Origin: an uncultured Spirochaetota bacterium | GTDB lineage: Bacteria > Spirochaetota > Brevinematia > Brevinematales > JAOACQ01 | Assembly (NCBI GenBank): GCA_963783575.1 | Contig: CAWAOD010000014.1 | Location: forward strand, 1-64,000 | Length of the DNA stretch: 64,000 bases | Reading direction: 5' to 3' | In this document: positions 21,158 to 30,590 of the stretch, piece after piece | Layout of the letters: every line of letters starts with the position of its first letter | Numbering within the stretch: position 1 is the first letter of the stretch | Made by a program: the position numbers and the translations under genes | The notes under the pieces: generated by a model | What the model was told of the DNA's origin: nothing | The model's database searches: none | Seen by the model: only the letters and a program-made list of their open reading frames with translations

Positions 21158-22888
21158 ATGGAATATTTATCAGTCCTTCTAAAAAGAAAGAAGCTTTTAA
21201 TAGGTATCGGCATAATTATGGCAATTTTTTTCGGGAGTATTATATCATGTTACAAAAATGCGGTTCCAACCAGAAATTCGGCTTCTCCATGGAAACCGGA
21301 TCTTCATTTTTTGGAAAATAAAGACAGGCAGCCTGTAAATGTGGGTTTTGTCTGCCGTCAGTCCGAGCCGGATGATACAGAGGTTTGCAGGATGGTTGAC
21401 GAGGTGATATACCAGGTATTCGGTGAAAAAGGTTTGAAAGCGATCATTAAGCCCGGAGACAAGGTAGTTATTAAAATTAATCTGGCCACAATGGTACATG
21501 GAGCACATGGCGATAAAGGACGCGGGTGTATTACCGATCCCAGGGTTGTCCGGTATCTTGCCGAAAAGATACGCGACATTATCGGATGGAAAGAACCCGC
21601 GAGCATTATCGTGGCCGATTCCTTATTTCATGAGGACCCTCATCCTGATATAAAAAAAGGCTGGAATAGTTTTTTTTTAGCCAGGATTGAGCGGCATGGA
21701 TATGATCCATACGATAGGGTCGATCCGAAGGATTTTTGTTATGACTTTAACGATGACTGCATATTGGACGGAACATCCGGCGCCAAACTGGTAAATCTCG
21801 ACAGTATCGGAATGGACAGGCGGTTTCTTACCGTTGTCCAGGAGCCGACACTGGGCGAAACCAGGGTATACCTTCCAAATATTTTAAGGACAAAAGAACA
21901 GGCTAACGGGAGCCAGGAATATTGCGATGTTCTGATCGGTCTTCCGACATTTAAAAGCCATGTAATGGCAGGGCTGACTGGAGCCTTGAAACTTCATTAC
22001 GGCTTCAGGCATAATCTGCCGGTTGGAGATGAAACAGGACGATTTGAACACAGCGGGTTTTACCAGATGCATAATGAGAATTATATTTTTGATTATCTTT
22101 GTGCCCAGCATAAGGTCAGGACATACGATTTTGTGATTATGGATGCTATAACGGGAAACAGAAGAGGGCCGCATAATGTACGTTTCCAAAACACTTATCA
22201 ATATTATCCCGGCATAAACAATCCGGTGGATTATATTCTGGTAAACGCGCTTTTAGCTTCCACCGACCCGGTTGCCGTTGATACTGTGACATCGCTTTTA
22301 GCCGGTTATAAACCGGATTCTATCCCTCTTATCTGGTCTGCCGCCTTGAACGGCTTAGGGGTTTGCTGGCCGGAATGGATCAGGCTGGCAGGGCAGGATG
22401 CTTTTAATAAACACCGGCTTTATCTCATGGACATATATAACCCGGATAAAATGCGCGAAAAGTATGAAGGCAAGATTGCACCTGATCTTTACAATTGGGA
22501 CGGGAGTGAAATGATCCCCTGGAATGCCGGAAACAAAATCGGTGTTTATGGTTCCTATCCGTTCCCTGAATGGGGACCGGCAAGAAATATTGAAAATTAT
22601 GAGTACAAAGCATTTAACAGCACCAGCCTGCAGGTAAGTAAGGCGGACAATAACCGATATCAGTTGAAATATTCCATATCCAGTGAGGGACGAAAAGATA
22701 ATGATGTAGCACGAGTGGATTTTCTTATTAACGGGACTCTCATCGGCTTCAATGTCAAATCAAAATGGGAAGATGTTTACGAGGCCGACCTGTCCGGTTA
22801 TCATGGAAATGTTACCTGCCGCCTGGCGGCCTGGGACTACCGGCTGAACTGCACCCTGTCCGAAGCGGTGATGATGAATTTACCTTGA
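21158..22888 (+). CDS. DUF362 lipoprotein (paralogue C)
   Basis: Lipobox IISC; same DUF362 motifs. Confidence 0.85.
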   Translation: MEYLSVLLKRKKLLIGIGIIMAIFFGSIISCYKNAVPTRNSASPWKPDLHFLENKDRQPVNVGFVCRQSEPDDTEVCRMVDEVIYQVFGEKGLKAIIKPGDKVVIKINLATMVHGAHGDKGRGCITDPRVVRYLAEKIRDIIGWKEPASIIVADSLFHEDPHPDIKKGWNSFFLARIERHGYDPYDRVDPKDFCYDFNDDCILDGTSGAKLVNLDSIGMDRRFLTVVQEPTLGETRVYLPNILRTKEQANGSQEYCDVLIGLPTFKSHVMAGLTGALKLHYGFRHNLPVGDETGRFEHSGFYQMHNENYIFDYLCAQHKVRTYDFVIMDAITGNRRGPHNVRFQNTYQYYPGINNPVDYILVNALLASTDPVAVDTVTSLLAGYKPDSIPLIWSAALNGLGVCWPEWIRLAGQDAFNKHRLYLMDIYNPDKMREKYEGKIAPDLYNWDGSEMIPWNAGNKIGVYGSYPFPEWGPARNIENYEYKAFNSTSLQVSKADNNRYQLKYSISSEGRKDNDVARVDFLINGTLIGFNVKSKWEDVYEADLSGYHGNVTCRLAAWDYRLNCTLSEAVMMNLP

Positions 22889-22935
22889 AAGGGGGATTAT
22901 TTATGAAATATTTTGATGAATAAGGAGGAATTGAT

Positions 22936-24352
22936 ATGAATTCGATATACCTGGTATTTTTAGTGGTAATCTTATTTTCAGCATGTAATTTGGGAACTTC
23001 AGCTGCGAATTCATCAGGTACGGATTCATCCGGGAATATAACAGTGAAGATTTCCCGTACCGGGGGCACCCCGATCTCCCCTTATGCATTCGGTAACAAC
23101 TACTTTAACTGGCTGGGCAGTAATGAGAACCAGGTCGCAGTCTCTGGAACCGAGGAAACAGTCAAAACCCTGTGCCTCAACGTGCTTGTCGGGGATAACA
23201 ACCAAAACGACGCTAACACTCCGCAGCTTTTCGACAATGCCCAGATGGACAGGTACGTACAATTTTGCCGTGCCATAGGGGCCGAGCCGATCATGATCGC
23301 GCCGGTATACGGCAACAACGTGAACGGCGGCCCAACCTCGGCGAAGGGAGCGGCGGACATCGTCACCTTCATCAACGGTACCAGGAAGTACGGCATTAAG
23401 TATTGGACCATCGGTGACGAGGTGGATAACTACGATCAGTTCTTTAAAACAAATTATCCCGTTTCAAACGCGTCCCAGTATGCTGCAGTCTTCAAATCCT
23501 ATGCCTTGGCGATGAAGACCGCCAATGCCGCTGCGAACAGCGGTGTTGAGTTCAATTCGTTGGCCCGGACTCGCCTGGAAATACGTCGAAGGTTACGACT
23601 GGCTTAGCCCGTTCCTCGATGAATGCAAAGACTACATTGACGTGGTAAGCATCCATCTCTATGGGTTCGCAGCCCGTGATCTCACGGCAGAAGGTGCCCT
23701 CACGGATGTCGATCGGTTCCGGCAGATCATTCAGGATGTGAAGGCCCGCATTGCCAGACACACGCGTCCGGGAACACCTCTGGCCGTAACGGAAGCCAAC
23801 ATCTGTTATGACTGGTCCCCCACATTCTACACACCGGCAACCCGTAAGGTAGGCCCGGGAACCTTCTATGCCGCTATTTGGGATGCCGACCGAATGGGCG
23901 CGGCGCTCGAAGCCAATCTCTGGACATTAGCGTTCTGGGATCTTGCAGAATCAACAAACTTGAAAAATGAAACCGTCTTCGGGTTTTTATTGACAGACCC
24001 ATCGAAAGATCCGGTAATCTGCATACTTACTCCCGAATTCTATGTTCAGCAGATGGTCACCACGAACTTCAGCGGAACCACGGTCATACCGTCCGGTGTG
24101 CCGGCCCGAATGTCGGTGTATGCGAGTTACGATGCGAATAAAGCCGCCACTTCGATACTCGTTATTAACAAAAGCATGGTCGGAAGAGTCATGGCGATTG
24201 CGATTGACAATCTCAGCCCGCTGACAAACACTTTTGCGCCGATGTCCATCAATATAGTTACAGTTCCGGACAATGACGCGGCCGGATACCATGTGCTTGA
24301 GTATACCATGCAGATGGCGGATGCCGGTCTGCCGCCCAGGGCCGCCAATTGA
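22936..24352 (+). CDS. Clan GH-A glycoside hydrolase lipoprotein (GH44/GH51-like), frameshifted near 23555
   Basis: Lipobox FSAC; ISPYAFG, KYWTIGDEVD, IDVVSIHLY, PLAVTEAN; C-terminal beta-sandwich. Confidence 0.7.
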
Positions 24353-24448
24353 GCCGCCGAATGAAACTTATATTTTTTATTATGCTTGCGGCGTATTGAC
24401 CAAACGATGGAAAAGGTTTATAAATCATAAAATTTAGGGGTGAGTATT

Positions 24449-26144
24449 ATGGATAATTTGATGTCTATTTATCATAGAAAGAATCTGATTATCTGGATTA
24501 TTATAGTCCTGTTCCTGATTTCCGGGAGTCTTATCTCCTGCTTTCGCAGTGCAGTTTCGATCTGGAAACCGGATTATCATATATTAAACCGGGAGAACCT
24601 CAAACCGGTCAATGTCGGTTTTACCTGTTTACAGGAAGAACCGGACGACACGGTCCTGTATAAGATGATCGATGATGTTATATATCAGGTGTTCGGTGAT
24701 AAGGGGCTTCGGGCAATCATCAAAAAAGGTGATAAGGTCGTTATAAAAATAAACCTTGCCACGTCAGCCTACGGAATCCATGGTCAAAAAGGACGCGGTT
24801 GTATTACGGACCCGAGGATTGTCCGGTATATAGCCGAAAAAGTCCGTGAGATAATCGGGTGGGAAAAACCCGCGAGCATTATTGTGACCGATTCCTTATT
24901 CCATGAAGACCCGCACCCCTCCGGCTCAAAAGGAGAACTGACCTTTCAAAAGGCAAGACTTGAGCGGCATGGATACGATTCCATCGATAGGGTCGACCCA
25001 AAGGATTTTTGCTTAGACTACAATGATGACTGCATACTGGACGGAACATCCGGTGCCGAGCTGGTGAATATCGACAGTATCGGTATGGACAGGCGTTTTC
25101 TGACTCTTATCCAGGAGCCGACATTGGGTGAAACGGAGGTATATCTTCCGAATATATTAAGAACAAAAGAACAGGCGAATGGAGATCAGGAATATTGCGA
25201 TGTTCTGATCGGCCTGCCGGTTTTAAAAAGCCATCTTTCAGAAGGTTTGACCGGCGCGCTGAAACTGCATTACGGCTTCAGGCACAGGCTTCCGTCTGGA
25301 AGGGAACAAGGGCGTTCGGGACATAGCGGGTTTAGTCAGGCTAGCAATTTGCATCTTCTTTCGGAATATATCTGCGCACAGCATAAGGTCAGGACATACG
25401 ATTTCATACTGATGGATGCCATTACGGGAAACAGAAGAGGGCCGCATAACCTGTGCTTTGCGAGCGATATCAACAATCCGGTGGATTATATTTTAATAAA
25501 CACCTTATTAGCCTCCACCGACCCTGTAGCTATGGACACAGTCGCATCGCTTCTGGCCGGGTACAAGCCGGAGTCTGTCTCGCTTATAGGGGATGCAGCA
25601 GTGAACGGCCTGGGGATCTGCTGGCCTGAATGGATCCGCCTGGAAGGCCTGGACGCTCTTAACAAACACCGGCAATATCTAATGGCCAAATACAACCCGG
25701 AGAAAATGCGGGAAAAGTATAAAAAAGTTATTGATACATCTCCATATAATTGGCGCGGTTTTGACTTCTATCCAGTGATGCTCGACGCTAAAATCGGGGT
25801 TTTCGGGTCATACCCGTTCGCGGAGTGGGGCCCGGCGAGAAACCTCGAGAATTTTGATTACAACGCATTTGACAACGCCAGTCTGCAGATCAACAAAGAG
25901 ACCAATAACCGGTATCTTTGGAAATACACCGTATCTAGCGAGGGACGTAAAGAAAAAGAAGTAGCCCGCGTGGATTTTTTAATTAACGGAAATCCTATCG
26001 GATTCCGTATCAAATCAAAATGGGATGATGCTCTGGGAAACCGACCTGTCCGGTTACCATGGAAATGTTTCCTTCCGATTGGCGGCCTGGGATTACCGGC
26101 TGAACTGCACTTTGTCCGAACCGGTGACAATGCAGCTGCCCTGA
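24449..26144 (+). CDS. DUF362 lipoprotein (paralogue D); +1 indel near 26031, homologous stop TGA at 26142-26144
   Basis: Lipobox LISC; DUF362 motifs; the shifted frame restores DLSGYHGNV...AAWDYRLNCTLSEPVTMQLP. Confidence 0.85.
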
Positions 26145-26300
26145 AAACAGAAAAGATAAGGAATAGAGGAGTTTTTTATTTATGAAATAATGGTTAATAT
26201 AAAAAATTGAGGAAATATATCATCGATAAAGGTTCGTTACCTATTTGCTCAAAATGTGTAGGTACAATAAGTGTTTAATCAATAATATAATGTTAAAAGT

Positions 26301-26431
26301 TTTACCTGCCTGGCCTGCCTACAACGGAATCTCCGGCAGGTAGGTAGCAGACAGGTGAAACTTATGCTGAGCAACATCGAAGTAAAGGGGAGATTTTGGA
26401 AAAGAATTCCCCTTCTTGATAAGGAGGGGAG
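26301..26431. repeat. Cluster of REP-like palindromic elements
   Basis: TTTACCTGCCTG...CAGACAGGTGAAA hairpin; TGCTGAGCAACATCGAAGTA; TCCCCTTCTT-GAT-AAGGAGGGGA. Confidence 0.5.
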
Positions 26432-26527
26432 TTTAGTAATAGCCATTGAATATATTGAAATATATAGAAATAAAAGTTTAATAAAAAAACTTTTAGTATT
26501 ACCAATATTCAGGTGAGGAGAAACCCT

Positions 26528-27643
26528 ATGAGAGATTTTTTAAATATGAGATATTCAAAGAAACTACTTTTATTTCTAGGTATACTTGCATTAATTATCA
26601 ACCTGCCTTCCTGCATTAATATAGAATACTTCTACACGGAACCCGACGAATCTCCATTTGCAAAAATAGCGGCAGAGCATCAGAATCTCCCTTATACCAA
26701 TTCGGGAGTTCCCGGAGTTTACCCGGAGGGTTCCCCTGTCGCCAGGTACGGCAAACTGAAAGTAGCTGGGACACAGCTTTGCGATGAACGTGGAAATCCC
26801 GTGCAGCTTCGCGGGTTATTCCTGCGCGGCCTGAACTATGAGGCAAAATTCATCAACTATGAAGCTATTTCGTATCTTTCAAAAAAGTGGAAAATGGATG
26901 TGTTTGAAATTCCTCTCTGGACGGTGGGGGCAAAATGGGGCACTATCAGCGAACCCGGATATCTGGATCATCCTGAACTTGAAAATTATATAAAGGACGC
27001 CGTGAAAATCACCGAAGAATGCGGAATATACTGTATTATTGATTGGCATACAGACTTAGACAGGGATCCGAACGTGTATAAGGACAAAGCCCATGAGTTC
27101 TTTAAAAGAATGGCTTTTTTATACGGGGCAAAAAAGCATGTTATTTATAATATTTGCTATGAGCCCAATCATGTAAAATGGGGAAGCGGTATAAAGCCTT
27201 ATGCCGAGTATATAATACCTGCGATCAGGGCCGGCGATTCAAATGCGCTTATAATCGTCGGCACTGAGTTCTGGAGTATCGACCAGCATCATGCCGCTGC
27301 CGATCCCCTTAAATATGAAAATATTATGTATGCAGCGCATTATTTTACCGATTTTCCTCTTTCAATGACAAACCGCATTTCATCGGCGCTGACCAATATC
27401 GTCATTTTCTGTGTGGCATGGGCTGCAGCATATTCCTCAGAGTCGTCACTAAACTTAAATAATGCCAGGCTCTGGGCAGACTTCATGAATAGTAAGAATA
27501 TAAGCTGGTGCAACTACAATCTTTCCGGTATAGATATACCCGCATCTTTTTTGAGGAACAGGGATAAAACAAACGGCGGCTGGGAGGAGAGCGACCTGAC
27601 CGAATCCGGGAAATTCGTCAGGGACTTGATGACAAACCGTTAA
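26528..27643 (+). CDS. GH5 lipoprotein paralogue of 16606-17745 lacking the catalytic nucleophile
   Basis: High visible identity to copy 1, but FCTEWG>FCVAWA, EICNEP>NICYEP and VFRIP>VFEIP. Confidence 0.88.
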   Translation: MRDFLNMRYSKKLLLFLGILALIINLPSCINIEYFYTEPDESPFAKIAAEHQNLPYTNSGVPGVYPEGSPVARYGKLKVAGTQLCDERGNPVQLRGLFLRGLNYEAKFINYEAISYLSKKWKMDVFEIPLWTVGAKWGTISEPGYLDHPELENYIKDAVKITEECGIYCIIDWHTDLDRDPNVYKDKAHEFFKRMAFLYGAKKHVIYNICYEPNHVKWGSGIKPYAEYIIPAIRAGDSNALIIVGTEFWSIDQHHAAADPLKYENIMYAAHYFTDFPLSMTNRISSALTNIVIFCVAWAAAYSSESSLNLNNARLWADFMNSKNISWCNYNLSGIDIPASFLRNRDKTNGGWEESDLTESGKFVRDLMTNR

Positions 27644-27668
27644 AATAATAATAAGAGGTGTATGATAT

Positions 27669-29382
27669 ATGAATATCTTCCATCCTTTATTTAAAAGAAA
27701 AAAACTGATCGTATGGGGTATCATTATTTTTATCTTGATATCCGGAAGCCTGACCTCCTGCCTGAGCCGTTTGCCTTCCGTCTGGCTGCCCGATTCCCGG
27801 ATCCTGGACCGGGAACATCTCCAACCGGTAAAGGTCGGCTTTACATGTTCGCAGGAAGAACCCAATGACGAGGCCCTCTATAAAATGACCGATAAAGTGA
27901 TCTTTCAGGTGTTCGGTGAGAAAAGGGCTCCGGGCCATCATCAAAAAAGGCGATAAGGTAGTTATTAAAGTCAATCTTATTGGCCCGGGAGAAGGATCGC
28001 ATGGGCAAAAAGGGCGCGGTTTAATTACTGACCCAAGGATTGTCCGTTATATCGCCGAAAAAGTCCGGGATATAATCGGGTGGGATGATCCCGCGAGCGT
28101 TATCGTGGCCGATGCTTTATTTAATGGAAACCCAAATCCTTCATTAAAAGACAGGCAGCTTTCACCGGGAAGAAAAAGTTTTTATCTGGCCCGTCTTGAA
28201 CGGCACGGCGATGATCCTTATGATAAAGTTGACCCCGCTGATTTCTGCCTGGATTATAACGCGGACGGCATACTGGACGGTTCATCCGGGGCAGTTCTTG
28301 TCAATCTCGACAGTATAGGACCGGAAAGGCGTTTCCTGACTGTAGTAAAAGAACCGACTCTTGGTGAAACAAAGGTTTACCTTCCGAATATCTTAAGGAC
28401 AAAAGAACAGGCAAATGGTGATAAAGAATACTGCGATGTTTTAATCGGCCTGCCGGTTTTAAAAAGCCATATTGTGATGGGTCTGACCGGGGCGCTGAAA
28501 CTGCATTACGGCTTCAGGCGTATAACCCCTGTCGGTCATGAAAATGGAGGCCGGTCGGAGCATAGCGGATTTAACCTTACCGGCAACGCTGACCGTCTTG
28601 GGGAATATCTTTCCGCCCAGCATCAGGTAAGGACTTATGACTTTGTGCTGATGGACGCAATTACCGGTAACAGAAGGGGGCCGCAAAGTTTACGATATGA
28701 TGAAGGGTTTGATAACCCTGTAGATTATATCCTGGTCAATTCCCTGCTGGCTTCCACCGATCCGGTAGCAATTGATACTGTGGCGGCGCTGCTGGTCGGG
28801 TACAAACCGGAGTCCATTCCCGCTTCCAAAATTGCCGCAATGAACCATGTGGGAATATTCTGGCCTGAATGGATCCGCCTGGAAGGATTGGACGCTTTTA
28901 CAAAGTACCGGCAGTTTCTTCTGAAGGAGTATAATCCGGAAAAGATGCGGGTCAAATATGAAGGCAGGATTAACGAACTACTGTACAAATGGAACGGGCA
29001 TGACATCAATCCATGGATGCCCGAAAACAATATCGGGGTCTTCGGGTCCTATCCCTTTGCAGAGTGGGGGATGGCGAGAAACCTCGAGAGTTTCGATTAC
29101 AAAGCCTTTGACAGCGCCAGTCTGCAGGTCAGTAAGGAAAACAATAACCTGTATCAGTGGAAATATTCCATATCCGGCGAAGGACGTAAAGAAAAGGAAG
29201 TTGCCCGCGTTGATTTTCTAGTTAACGGCAATCCTGTCGGATTCCATGTCAAATCAAAATGGGATGATGTTTACGAGGACGACCTGTCCGGTTTTCATGG
29301 AATTGTTACCTGCCAATTGGCGGCATGGGATTACCGGCTGAACTGCACCCTGTCTGAAGCGGTGGCGGTGCGGCTGCCCTGA
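27669..29382 (+). CDS. DUF362 lipoprotein (paralogue E), frameshift near 27920
   Basis: Lipobox LTSC; ORFs 27669-27956 and 27916-29382 join; most similar to paralogue B. Confidence 0.85.
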
Positions 29383-29419
29383 AAACAGCAAAGATAAGGA
29401 ATAGAGGAGTTTATTATTT

Positions 29420-30334
29420 ATGAGACAATTATTTTTCACTATTCTGCAGGAAAGCGGCAGTTTGATGTTTATCCTTCTGCCGTCAGTTTTAATCGGATGT
29501 TTTGTATCAGCGGTTTTATTGAAAAAAAAATGGTCGATATTTAACAATAAATTTCTATATATCAAAAACCCTGTTTCAATATTCCTTGCAAGCCTTCTGG
29601 GGGCGGCTTCCCCTGTCTGCACCATCGGGACTGTTCCTATTATCGCCGGATTGGTTCAAACCGGTATGCCCTCAAGCGTTGCCGTCTCGTTCATCATCGC
29701 TTCATCCATTATAACGCCTCAGATGGTGATTATCGGGTTCAGCACGGTCGGATGGAAGATAACCCTCATTCAGTTTCTATCCGGACTTCTGGCGGCTAAT
29801 CTTTTCGGGTTTCTAAGCCTCCTTGCGGATAGCAAAAAGATTTTTAATTCTTTACCGGATAATAAAAACGAGGAGAAATCCTCTGGCGGCCCGTGCTTTG
29901 CAAACAGGGGTATTCATAAAAATTCCAGTAAAAACAGTATCATGACTCTTTTTCTGAATCAGCTGGATTTTATTATCCCTTATTTAACCGGCGGAGTATT
30001 GCTGGCTTCGATAATAAAAACTTTGCTGCCGGAATCTTTTTTATCCAATTTTATCGGCCAGACCAACCCGGCTTATATTGTTTTTTCCTCACTTATTTCT
30101 ATTCCCACTTACATTTGCGGAGGAGCATCATTATCATTTTTGGGTTCCTTAGCGCAAATTGGTTTTTCACCCGGAATGATCGTTGCTTTTATTATTGCCG
30201 GCCCGGCTACTCGAATCCAAAATCTTGCCGCGTTCAGTTCCCTGATTAAAAAAAGGTTTGTGCTTTTATTTACTTTGTTTATATTTGTTTATGCCTCCAT
30301 AATCGGAATTTTGTACAGCACTATATTTACTTGA
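29420..30334 (+). CDS. Permease, DUF318/ArsP-like family
   Basis: LLGAASPVCTIGTVP and IPTYICGGAS internal repeat motifs, AGPAT, about 8 TM helices. Confidence 0.85.
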   Translation: MRQLFFTILQESGSLMFILLPSVLIGCFVSAVLLKKKWSIFNNKFLYIKNPVSIFLASLLGAASPVCTIGTVPIIAGLVQTGMPSSVAVSFIIASSIITPQMVIIGFSTVGWKITLIQFLSGLLAANLFGFLSLLADSKKIFNSLPDNKNEEKSSGGPCFANRGIHKNSSKNSIMTLFLNQLDFIIPYLTGGVLLASIIKTLLPESFLSNFIGQTNPAYIVFSSLISIPTYICGGASLSFLGSLAQIGFSPGMIVAFIIAGPATRIQNLAAFSSLIKKRFVLLFTLFIFVYASIIGILYSTIFT

Positions 30335-30535
30335 CGGCTTAACAATCTTTGATAATGTATATTTGTTATTATTTATCAGGGTTTTATTCTGTATTTTAGT
30401 TTATTACAAAAAAAGCGATTCTAATTTATATATTTTATACCAACTGTGTCTTTTTTTGTGATTTTTCAAACCTTTGATAAGTAAGTTAAGCTCGTAGCTA
30501 ACCGTGGGACTTTCATTAAAAAGTTTGTTTGTCAG

Positions 30536-30564
30536 GAAATACCGCCCCGACGAATCGAGGCGGT
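30536..30564 (-). terminator. Rho-independent terminator of the surface-protein gene
   Basis: Minus strand ACCGCCTCGA-TTCG-TCGGGGCGGT-ATTT. Confidence 0.6.
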
Positions 30565-30590
30565 TTAATTTATTTTGATTATAACTCAAT

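Noticed and set aside
17758..29382. Diversity-generating retroelement behind DUF362 variability
   Set aside because: No reverse transcriptase or template repeat in the window; differences include indels and are not adenine-specific
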